Assembly: GCA_963749155.1 (NCBI GenBank)
Contig: CAVVLO010000002.1
Location: 256,001 to 320,000 of the forward strand
Origin: an uncultured Armatimonadia bacterium
Lineage (GTDB): Bacteria; Armatimonadota; Zipacnadia; CAVVLO01
DNA length: 64,000 bases
Direction: 5' to 3'
Below, one piece after another: positions 43,955 through 52,429 of this stretch. The position numbers were made by a program, and so were the translations under genes. The first letter of the stretch is position 1; every line of letters starts with the position of its first letter. The notes beneath the pieces are model-generated. The model was not told the origin of the DNA. It saw only the letters and a program-made list of their open reading frames with translations, and did not search any database.

Positions 43955-46026
43955 ATGAGGCTAGTTTGCGCGCTACTGGTGATGTTTGCTCTGGCAGGGG
44001 CTTTCGCCGCAGACCCAGTCGAAGTGCCAGTACCCCGGCCGGAGCCGCTACTGGCGATGGACCTGGGCGGGGGGCTTTCGAGCTACATCATCAGTTCTCA
44101 CCTGTGGACGGGTTGGGCGCGGTATCTGGAGACCGTGCCAGCGAAGCGTCTGCTTGAAGGTATCGGGAGCTGGACAGCTATCCAGAATCTTCAGAATCCC
44201 GAGGAGGCTGAAACCCGCCTGCCAGTGATGCACGATTATGGCATCGGTGTATTCCGTTACGAGATCGGCTGGGGCAATGTCGCCTTCAACGAGGACGAGG
44301 GCCAGCCCGCGCGGCTGAGATCCGGACGTCGAGGTTCGCTATCGAGCGGTGCTGCAGTCGGCAAAACGCCATGGCTTCAGGCTGATAATGCTGCTGAACG
44401 CCCATCAGGGGGCGGGTTGCCCGCTGGCTTTCTTTGGCAGCAGGTTGATGGAAGCCGCGCCCAAGGGCGCCACGGAGCTGACACTGCTAGTAGACCGGCC
44501 CGAACTGCTAAAAGTGGGCTACAGCGGCATCAACGGGCTGACCGACTACTGCGCCGCCGAAGGGCTGTTCACCAGTATACAGCACCTGCCAGCCGCCGAT
44601 GCGAACGCTTATCGAGTGACCCTTTCCAAGGCCCTGCCGCGCGACTATGCGGTCGACGAGCAGGTCGGGCTGGCGCGGCTTCAGTATCGGCCTTTCGGTG
44701 ATCCGGACATCGGATGAAGCGACCTATGCAGGTTGGGGCAAATACGCCGACCTGCTGGCGCGCATCGCCTCGGAGGAAGGCCTAACGGACGGGCAGGTGG
44801 ACTTTGAGCTTTGGAATGAACTCACTTTCGGGACGATGTTTCTGTCTATCCACAACTACGATGCGACGCTTGAGGGCGGAGCGGACATCAACCGGATGAT
44901 GCAGCTTGGGGCAGAGGTGATCCGTAAATATTACCCAGATAAAACTACCGTCATCAATGGGTTCGCCAATACGAGCTTCTTCTTCAACGGCTTCTGGGGG
45001 AGCGCAAGGCCAGCAGGAGTGGACGGGGAGAGCTATCATCCCTACGGCAACACGTGGCGGCAATTCCCTGACTACGCGGTGAGCAAAGACAACCACCTGG
45101 TGGAAGGCTTCCGCAACCCCGAGGGCTTTGTACCGGCATATGGCACTCTCTACCCAGAATATAAAGGCACCTACATCGCCTCCCACTCGCCCCTCTGTCT
45201 GATGCAGCCGGAGCTGCGCGAAGCGCTGGTGGCAACGGGCCATGCGCCAGAGGGCTGGAAACGTGGCTTTACGGAGGATGGCATATTTCTGCCCGAGGTG
45301 AACGCGCCCGAGCCCTATGCAAACAAGCTGCGGGAAAGGCCAGAATACTACGTCTCCAAATGGCTGCTGCGGCTGTATCCCTTCTTCCTGAACAAAGGGC
45401 TGAGCTATGTCTGCGATGGGTCTCTGCGTAATCCTGGCGACTGGGCCGAAGGGTGGGAGGCAAAGTTCTGGGAGAGTGGAGATGAGCAGTATCTGGCAGC
45501 GCTGCTTCCGGTCAGACGCCTGACCAAGCTGCTGGCTGGGGCTGAGGATATACAGGACGATCGGCTGATCCAACTGCATCCGAAGGTGACTCAATTGACG
45601 GGCCAGGAGAAGGTTGTCTTTGGTACCGAGGGGGCCTACCTCATCCAGCGCGGGGCGGAGGGCAGGTCCTGGGATCCGACAAAGATTGACGTCAAGCCTC
45701 TCTCATATGCCGACAGCTTCTGCATGCTGCCCTTCCAGCTCGATGATGATTCACTGGCGGTGGGGCTGTACATCCAGACGCGCAATGTGCTGGAGGACGT
45801 CGAAGAGGCCGGCAGGTACCGTATCACTTTCGCCGACCTGCTGGGCGAGGAGAGCGCAGTGCGTTGCTTGGACCCGTTGAAGGACCAGGAAGTGCCACTC
45901 GAGCTCGAGTGGAAGTCAGAAGAACTGAACGTGACCCTTACACTGACCGATTATCCCGTCTTCCTGCTGCTAGATGGGGTAGATGGCCCGCGTGGCCTGG
46001 GGCCGCTGACGGCAACCTTGAGGTGA
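43955..46026 (+). CDS. Secreted GH-A-like hypothetical hydrolase (frameshifts near 44320 and 44705)
   Basis: RYEIGWG, FELWNELTFG, SYHPY and FTEDG motifs (putative acid/base and nucleophile Glu). Confidence 0.6.
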
Positions 46027-46031
46027 GCTAG

Positions 46032-48458
46032 ATGAAAACAGTTTTACTGCTTATGGTTTTAGTGCTTTGCGTGGCTGGAGCTTGCTTGGCTGAACCTATT
46101 CAGCCGAGTGAAACCTGTCCCGGACTTTTCGTATTCCAGGGCAAGGACGCGGTCAAGCTGATTGGCTACGACTATTATGACCTGTTCGCCTCTCCCAAGG
46201 TGCCAGCCGGTCTGGATTGGCGGCGCGGCGAGAAGGCTTACTATGAGGAATTCCTCGATATGCTGGCCGAGAACGGCTGCAACTTCACGCGGATATTCGC
46301 CATTACGGGATGGACCAATGACAGGATGCCCTGGCGGCGTATATCGGGCCCCGGCGACCTCATCAAGCAGACCATTGACCATCCTGAGGGAGAGCGTTAT
46401 GCGCTGCTGGATTTGTCCAGGTGGGATGGCGTTTACTGGCAGCGGGTGAGGCGGACGCTGGAGTATGCAAGCAAGCTGGGGATTGTCTTCGAGATATGCC
46501 TGGTGGATGAGTGTGGGCTGGAATCAGGGCCTGGAGACAGGCGCTGGCCGCTGCATCCCTTCAATCCAGAAAATAATCTGCCGGGCACCCTCGGCAGGGC
46601 GATGATTGAAGGGGGCCATAAAGATGGCCTGCCTCAAGCTTATGACCTGGAGAACAAAGCGCTGGTGGGGATGTATGAAAGGTATCTGGCCAAGTGGATT
46701 GAGGAGACTCGCGGGCTGGACAATGTCATCTTCGAGCTGGGCAATGAGACGACCTCGGGGATTGCCTTCCAGCAGTGGATGGCGCGGAAACTACGCGAGC
46801 TAGGGTGTCAGTTCCCAATCGCGGCCAATGTGTTCGTGGATGAGGAACAGGTCTACAACCTGCCCGAGGTGGATTTGATTGCGACCCATGGGAAGAAGAC
46901 CCCCGATGAGGTGCGCAGGTGGGCGGTCGACTGGCGGACCAGATTTCCTGGCAAAGCTCTTATGCTGGACAGTGACGGCTGGTACGACTCGGAAGAGACC
47001 TGGCCCAACACCATCGCGGCGGCGCAGACGGCGCTGGACCTGGATTGCCACTTCAACCATAAGGCGCGGGGCCGGCAGCAAGTGGGGCCGAACGGCGAGC
47101 TATTTATCCAGTTGATGAAGGGGCTTAGACCAGATGCAATAGCCCTGGGTTTATTCCTCGAGGAGATGCCCACCACCCTGCCGCCGGGAGTGCGCGAACG
47201 CCAGTTTGAACTGGCCCAGCCAGTGCCGGAAACGGGTGGTGGGCTGTTCGCGCACGAGCTGAACGGTGATGGGAAACTCGACCTGGTCATCACCAGCGAG
47301 GGCCATGTCGGCGCTTATGACCACTCGGGCAAGCTGCTGTGGGTTAAGGAGATTCCTCTTTACCTGTTTGAATATACGCACCATCCAAGCGCGGTCGCCG
47401 GCGACCTGGATGGCGATGGACAGCAGGAAGTAGCCCTTCTCACCACTGCCAAGGAATTGGTAGTGCTGGACGGGCGGACCGGAGAACTGGAGAAGACGCT
47501 GAAAGGCCTGGGTGAACCCATCGCCTTCGCTGTGGCGAACCTGCGCGGCCTGGGCGACCGAGACATCATACTGCAGTATGACCTTACGCACCTGCGGGCA
47601 ATCAAGGCCGAGGACGGCGGCACGCTGTGGGAGACAAACGAATATCGGGCGATAGAGCATAGCCCGCTGCGGCAGGCGGATCTGGATGGAGACGGACTTG
47701 ACGAGGTAGCGGGAGCGACGCTGATAGACCACGATGGCAAGCGGATGCACGAGTGGGAACTCGAGACGCGCCACGATTCGATGGACTCGATCGTTATAGC
47801 GGATGTCATCCCGGGTGGGCCGCTGGAGGTGGCGATGGCCGAGCAGCGGGGCGCAAACTCGCGCACTGTCGTTATCAACCAGGAGGAGATCCTCTGGTGC
47901 CAGCTCAATCCGTGGAACTGGGAAGATCCCGACAAGCTGGCGATCGGCGACTTCGATCCGGGCCGGCCGGGGCTCGAGGTGTTCAACCGGTCCTCGGGCG
48001 GGGACGGGGTCGCTCCGCGCGGCAGAGAAGAGCCATATCGGTATGAAGAGGCGCCGTGGGTGTTCGACTCGGCGGGGCAGCTACTCGCCAGGTACTACAT
48101 CAACGACAGCAAGCCAGCCTGGTGGACGGGGCATGGGATCGAGGAGATTTCCAGGATCGACTGGGACGGTGATGAGCGAGACGAGTTGGCGGCGCAGGAG
48201 CGCCACAAGGCGGGCGCGGGAGCCATACTCGATGCGCTGACGGGTAGATTCGAGGTCATCTTCCCTGCGAAGTCGGTACGCCTCTACGCGGTGGACTTCG
48301 AGGGCGATAGCCGCGAGGAGGTTATTATCCTGGACGAGGCGGGAGTGGTCCGGATCCTTTCCAACGCCAATCACAACCCGCACCCAGCCAAACCGAGCCC
48401 GTGGACTCGTAGCGAGTATCGGCGCCAGAAGCAAAACTGGAACTACTACTCGCCGTAG
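46032..48458 (+). CDS. Secreted GH5-like TIM barrel fused to an FG-GAP/DxDxDG-repeat propeller
   Basis: NFTRIF and NVIFELGNE; repeats ELNGDGKLD, DLDGDGQQE, DLDGDGLDE, DWDGDERDE and DFEGDSREE. Confidence 0.7.
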   Translation: MKTVLLLMVLVLCVAGACLAEPIQPSETCPGLFVFQGKDAVKLIGYDYYDLFASPKVPAGLDWRRGEKAYYEEFLDMLAENGCNFTRIFAITGWTNDRMPWRRISGPGDLIKQTIDHPEGERYALLDLSRWDGVYWQRVRRTLEYASKLGIVFEICLVDECGLESGPGDRRWPLHPFNPENNLPGTLGRAMIEGGHKDGLPQAYDLENKALVGMYERYLAKWIEETRGLDNVIFELGNETTSGIAFQQWMARKLRELGCQFPIAANVFVDEEQVYNLPEVDLIATHGKKTPDEVRRWAVDWRTRFPGKALMLDSDGWYDSEETWPNTIAAAQTALDLDCHFNHKARGRQQVGPNGELFIQLMKGLRPDAIALGLFLEEMPTTLPPGVRERQFELAQPVPETGGGLFAHELNGDGKLDLVITSEGHVGAYDHSGKLLWVKEIPLYLFEYTHHPSAVAGDLDGDGQQEVALLTTAKELVVLDGRTGELEKTLKGLGEPIAFAVANLRGLGDRDIILQYDLTHLRAIKAEDGGTLWETNEYRAIEHSPLRQADLDGDGLDEVAGATLIDHDGKRMHEWELETRHDSMDSIVIADVIPGGPLEVAMAEQRGANSRTVVINQEEILWCQLNPWNWEDPDKLAIGDFDPGRPGLEVFNRSSGGDGVAPRGREEPYRYEEAPWVFDSAGQLLARYYINDSKPAWWTGHGIEEISRIDWDGDERDELAAQERHKAGAGAILDALTGRFEVIFPAKSVRLYAVDFEGDSREEVIILDEAGVVRILSNANHNPHPAKPSPWTRSEYRRQKQNWNYYSP

Positions 48459-48523
48459 GGGGCCGGCCAGGATACCAAACGCGAAGCCAATTGGGGGCCT
48501 GCCCGCCGCGCCCCCCTAATCAC

Positions 48524-48608
48524 GTGTTTCGGGAGCTTGCTCCCGAAACCAACCCTTGCCTTTGCCCTTTCTCGCTGGTGTTTCGGTACTTCAGTGCCGA
48601 AACCAACC
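48524..48608 (+). repeat. Two tandem REP-like palindromes
   Basis: GTGTTTCGGGAGCTTGCTCCCGAAACCAACC (48524-48554) and GTGTTTCGGTACTTCAGTGCCGAAACCAACC (48578-48608). Confidence 0.75.
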
Positions 48609-48668
48609 TGCCGGACTGCAAATAAAAGCTTAAGCAGATTACACAAATCGAAATACCACATTAAGCAC

Positions 48669-48697
48669 TTGACACCTGGATTGTTACGCGATAAGAT
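48669..48697 (+). promoter_or_regulatory. sigma70 promoter
   Basis: TTGACA-17 nt-TAAGAT with an AT-rich upstream region. Confidence 0.65.
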
Positions 48698-48812
48698 AAA
48701 TCTGGACTTCCAACAACATGCCCTTTGGCCGGGGCGAAGCGACACTCGAAGCAGCAAAGATGCATATCTTTGACTCAAGAGGAGTTGCCAATGAAACAAA
48801 GGCTCCAAGTAG

Positions 48813-48830
48813 CCCCCCCCCCCCCCCCCC
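48813..48830 (+). repeat. C18 homopolymer within a short RBS-preceded ORF
   Basis: AGAGGAG RBS, ATG at 48791, MKQRLQVA then 18 C. Confidence 0.8.
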
Positions 48831-48986
48831 GCGGCTAGTGGCTGCCCGTCGCACGGCCCACCCTTGCCTGTAGCCTTTTCCTTACGTTGGTTCAGGAGTG
48901 CAAGGCTCTGAATACCTTATCTCGCTTGAATTGATATGCCCCACCGAACTACCCGAAGCCAAGTGCTTCGCGGAGGTGTGAACCAG

Positions 48987-49926
48987 ATGAAGACTGTAAT
49001 GATTCCAGTTCCTCTGCTGGCTCATCTGCTTGATCTTCACTGCAGTGGCCATCTGTGCAGATGCTGACACTGCGGCCCACGTGTCCTTAACTGACGATGT
49101 CTTCGCGCGCCTCGCAGCAGTGTACTGGCAGCTATGGCCACGCGAGGCGAGGCTCGCACGCAGTACCGGAGCATGGCACGCCAGTCGGACGGCAGGTCGC
49201 TTGGCGACAGGCTACTGCTAGATACGCGCGTCAGATGCCGCGACTGTCCAAGGTGCTACGCTGGGCCAGAGTGATCAGGGCCAATCTGCCTTCAGAAGGT
49301 TGCAACAGGAGACGCCAATACCGGCAGGCGTGCTTCAAAGCCGTTAATGCGACTGGCTCCACGGCGCGGAGCCAGCTGCCGATACAGATGTCGCGAGCGA
49401 TCTGCCAGCCGTAACAGTGCTCCGTGCACTCTGCTCGAGTACCAGACGAGGCTTGTCGACAGGCGATTCTGCGGATCGAAGCATGTTATTGAGGCGCCGC
49501 AGAGCACGGCTCGGAGTGCCGAGAGGGAGCCAGTCTGGGCTAGCTCGATTGCTCGCAAGCGCTTGTCGCACTGGCGGTGCAACCAGCGCCAGCGTCGCCC
49601 CAGTAGCCTGTCTCGCGGAGCAGCTATCTGGCCCAGCTGCTTCGCAGTTACGACGGGCTAGCGCAGTGGCTTGGCGGCAAGCCTGACCTGGGACAAGGCC
49701 GCAGAGACGGGACGACTAAAGCTCGAAGGCGACACCTGGGCCTTCAAGCTCGGTTCGCGTGACGGTCGCGAGTAGTTCTGGCAAGCGAATCGAACTGCCT
49801 GCGACTGTAAAAATGTATGACGGCCGCCTGCGAGTTCCGCTGGAGGCGCTGAGGATCGCGGGCACGGTGAAATGGGATTCCACCACCCGCATCGCCTGGT
49901 TCACGCCGCAAGCAAGGCTAAACTGA
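48987..49926 (+). pseudogene. Heavily frameshifted secreted protein with C-terminal copper-amine-oxidase-N (stalk)-like domain
   Basis: GGAGG RBS then MKTVMIPV..LICLIFTAVAICAD; C-terminal fragments LTWDKAAETGRLKL..WAFKLGS and IELPATVKMYDGRLRVPLEAL...VKWDSTTR; may be sequencing errors rather than a true pseudogene. Confidence 0.5.
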
Positions 49927-49935
49927 AAGCTGAAG

Positions 49936-50018
49936 GGTGCAGGGGTAGAACCCCTGCACCATCGATTTTTTTATCGGCGCCATCGATTTTCTTATGTGCA
50001 CCATCGATTCCTTACCAA
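49936..50018. repeat. GC hairpin followed by three 21-bp tandem repeats
   Basis: GGTGCAGGGG-TAGAA-CCCCTGCACC, then GCACCATCGATTTTTTTATCG / GCGCCATCGATTTTCTTATGT / GCACCATCGATTCCTTACCAA. Confidence 0.7.
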
Positions 50019-50048
50019 AAGCCCCGGAGCTTCGCGCTCCGGGGCTTT
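50018..50048. terminator. Bidirectional terminator-like hairpin
   Basis: AAAGCCCCGGAGC-TTCGC-GCTCCGGGGCTTT between convergent genes. Confidence 0.7.
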
Positions 50049-50051
50049 GTC

Positions 50052-50078
50052 GGTTTCGGGAACGAGTTCCCGAAACAC
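50052..50078 (-). repeat. Third REP-like palindrome, inverted relative to the 48524 copies
   Basis: Reverse complement GTGTTTCGGGAACTCGTTCCCGAAACC. Confidence 0.75.
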
Positions 50079-50107
50079 ATGAGTAGGAGGGCAGGGCTTT
50101 CTGTTTT

Positions 50108-52342
50108 TCAGTCCGTCTTCACCAGGTAGCAGGCCACCTCGGGGCCGAAGGTCGCAGGCGGGGTGAGGGCAGATCCGCCGCTGGAGAGTTCCAGACCGCG
50201 CTGGACGGTCGCTTTACCGCTCTCACAGTCGAACCAGAGGGCATCATAGTGGCCCACTGAGAGGCCTGAAAGCCCCAGAGCGCCCTCTCCGCCCTCGCTG
50301 TAGAGCACCCAACTGGCCGGTCCCGCCAGAACATAATGCGTCCGACCCGCCGCCAACTCGTCCTGCGGAGCCATACTGTCCAAATCCACCCAGGAGAAGA
50401 ACCGCGCGAGCCTGCCCATATCCGCCAGGTCGCCCGGAGGCGTCGTCGCAATGTCCATATCAATCGCCATCACGTGCGCGCCCGCCATTGCCGAGGCCCA
50501 GGCCTTGTGGCGAGAGGCCGCCCCAGTGCCCCAGTCGGCGGCTTCGGACATATTCAGGTTGTAACGGCCTTTCGCCTCGCGGAAAGCTTGCACGAGGCCC
50601 GCGTGCAACTCCTCGGCGGTCGGCAGGTTGTACTGGACCGCGAACTGGTCGAGGTTGGGGTCGCCCGCAAATTCGCTGAAGTCCAGCCCGTCGTTCTTGT
50701 GGACAGCGATTGGGTGGCCCATCGTATCGGCCTCGCGGATTATCGCCGCCAGCTTGCTCACCCGCGCTGGTGGCAACACCTCGGCGTATTCCTCCGCGAT
50801 GCACCAGATGAGGTGACGCAGAGGGCTGAACCGCTGCACCAGCGCAGTTACGAAGCGGCGCTCAGCCGCGCTTACGTCCTGGCCTCTGCCGTAGACATTG
50901 GCGCTGTCGTCGTAGATGAAAAACAGCGTCGCAACACCTGCCTTATCTAGCGCCGAGAGCCATCCATCCCACTGAGCAAGAACCGCCTCGTTGAGCGGTT
51001 TGGCAGGATCGTTATCAACAAAGGGATTCTGAGTGGCGTCGCCGTCTCCCCCGTGAGAGCGTACCGCCATCAGATAGAGGCAGTTGGCGCCGCTTGCCGC
51101 GAGCTTCTGGATCAGCTCCTCCTGGTCGCCTGAACGCGTGCCGTCAGGATTGAGCGTGCCACGGAACAGGAAGCCCTCCGGGTCGCCCGGCCCTGCCATC
51201 AGGAAGGTGCCATCGCCGACCGTCTTTAGCCACTGGGGCTTCTCCGCATCGGGGACGACAGCGCCGAGGTTGGCGGGGGCGTCAGTAACCGCGCCAACGA
51301 GTCGCCCCAGGGCCTCGTTGATCATCTCCCAGGTATTCATCCGGCAGTCGTTGTAGCTGAAGATGAGGTCGAGGCTTGGGATGACGACCATCGCGCGCGG
51401 TCCGCCATGGCCAAAAGCGCCATAAGTGTCATAAGGGGCGTCGGGCCAGTTGCGTTTGCCCTGGGCCTTGACCCCGTTGGTCCACCAAAGCCAACTGTAG
51501 CTGCCCTCGTGCTCGCACTGGTTGTCGGGAATGGAAAGTGACCCCATCGAGCGCTGGCCCTTCAGCATCGGCGTGACGGTCATCCCGGCTCTTGGCAGCG
51601 TTGCTGGCAGAGGATCGCTGGTGGCCAGCTTTGCCCAGAGAGGAGAGAGTAGCTGCTGGTCACCCCACTTCCCCCCGTGCAGGTACAGCAGTCCAAGGCG
51701 GGCGAAGTCGCGTGGCGAGATACCAAGTCGGCCTGGCCGGTCGCCCTTGCCGAAGGCCATCAACGTCGGGTTGTCCTCGCAGCCGATAAGGTCTGTCAGT
51801 TGCGGATGGAAGACCTCGGCATCCACGTGGTCATAGTCAGTACCGTAGACCTTGAAGAAAAGCGTGTCCCAGAAAAGTGCCATCGCCCAGTCGTTGTAGT
51901 CATACGCCGTGCCTGGCAGCTCGGAGAGACCATAGCAGACCGTCTGGTTGCCGAAGTCGCGCCAGGTGATGGTGGTGCCCTGCTCGCCAAGCTCCGTTAA
52001 GCGCGACTCCCACTGGACGACAGGCTGATCCACCGAAGGGATGCGCCCGGTGTCGAGGGCATGCTGCAGGAAGTAGCTATAGACGACCTTGGCCGCGGAA
52101 GCGACGTCGCCGCGGGCCGTGATGTCTCCCCAGGAATAGACCAGCTTGCCGTGCCGGATTACACAGCCACGCCCGCCAGCATAAGAGGCAAGCGAATCAA
52201 GGATCTCCTGGTTCATTCCGACCTCGGCCGGGCTGGCGGTATGCCAGGTCTTGCCGGGAAGGGTCGGAGCAGCGGCAGTGCAGCCTGCAGCTGCCATCAG
52301 CAGAACAGCTAGCGCTATAAGAAGAACGAGCTTCTCCATCAC
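50108..52342 (-). CDS. Beta-lactamase-like serine hydrolase fused to a TIM-barrel (DUF4038-like) domain and a C-terminal beta domain; probable lipoprotein
   Basis: AAGC lipobox; ASAAK (SxxK), YDYND, ISPRDFARLGLLYL and AFGHGG; second half IWCIAEEY and HPIAVH. Confidence 0.7.
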   Translation of the reverse strand: MMEKLVLLIALAVLLMAAAGCTAAAPTLPGKTWHTASPAEVGMNQEILDSLASYAGGRGCVIRHGKLVYSWGDITARGDVASAAKVVYSYFLQHALDTGRIPSVDQPVVQWESRLTELGEQGTTITWRDFGNQTVCYGLSELPGTAYDYNDWAMALFWDTLFFKVYGTDYDHVDAEVFHPQLTDLIGCEDNPTLMAFGKGDRPGRLGISPRDFARLGLLYLHGGKWGDQQLLSPLWAKLATSDPLPATLPRAGMTVTPMLKGQRSMGSLSIPDNQCEHEGSYSWLWWTNGVKAQGKRNWPDAPYDTYGAFGHGGPRAMVVIPSLDLIFSYNDCRMNTWEMINEALGRLVGAVTDAPANLGAVVPDAEKPQWLKTVGDGTFLMAGPGDPEGFLFRGTLNPDGTRSGDQEELIQKLAASGANCLYLMAVRSHGGDGDATQNPFVDNDPAKPLNEAVLAQWDGWLSALDKAGVATLFFIYDDSANVYGRGQDVSAAERRFVTALVQRFSPLRHLIWCIAEEYAEVLPPARVSKLAAIIREADTMGHPIAVHKNDGLDFSEFAGDPNLDQFAVQYNLPTAEELHAGLVQAFREAKGRYNLNMSEAADWGTGAASRHKAWASAMAGAHVMAIDMDIATTPPGDLADMGRLARFFSWVDLDSMAPQDELAAGRTHYVLAGPASWVLYSEGGEGALGLSGLSVGHYDALWFDCESGKATVQRGLELSSGGSALTPPATFGPEVACYLVKTD

Positions 52343-52429
52343 TTGGCCTCCTCGCCGGCAGGGAGAACGAGCCGGTGGGTGTATTCTAGAACGCCCTTAG
52401 TCTTTTTCGCCTTACAGGAGGAATTACCT

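Noticed and set aside
48524..48608. Two palindromic repeats as a mini CRISPR array
   Set aside because: Only two imperfect copies, a third copy is inverted 1.5 kb away, and there are no cas genes; REP-like is a better fit
48882..49070. Minus-strand ORF containing QQRNWNHYS, resembling the end of 46032..48458 (QKQNWNYYS), as a possible inverted duplication
   Set aside because: Similarity is limited to about 9 codons, and the plus strand here has an RBS and signal-peptide start; most likely coincidence
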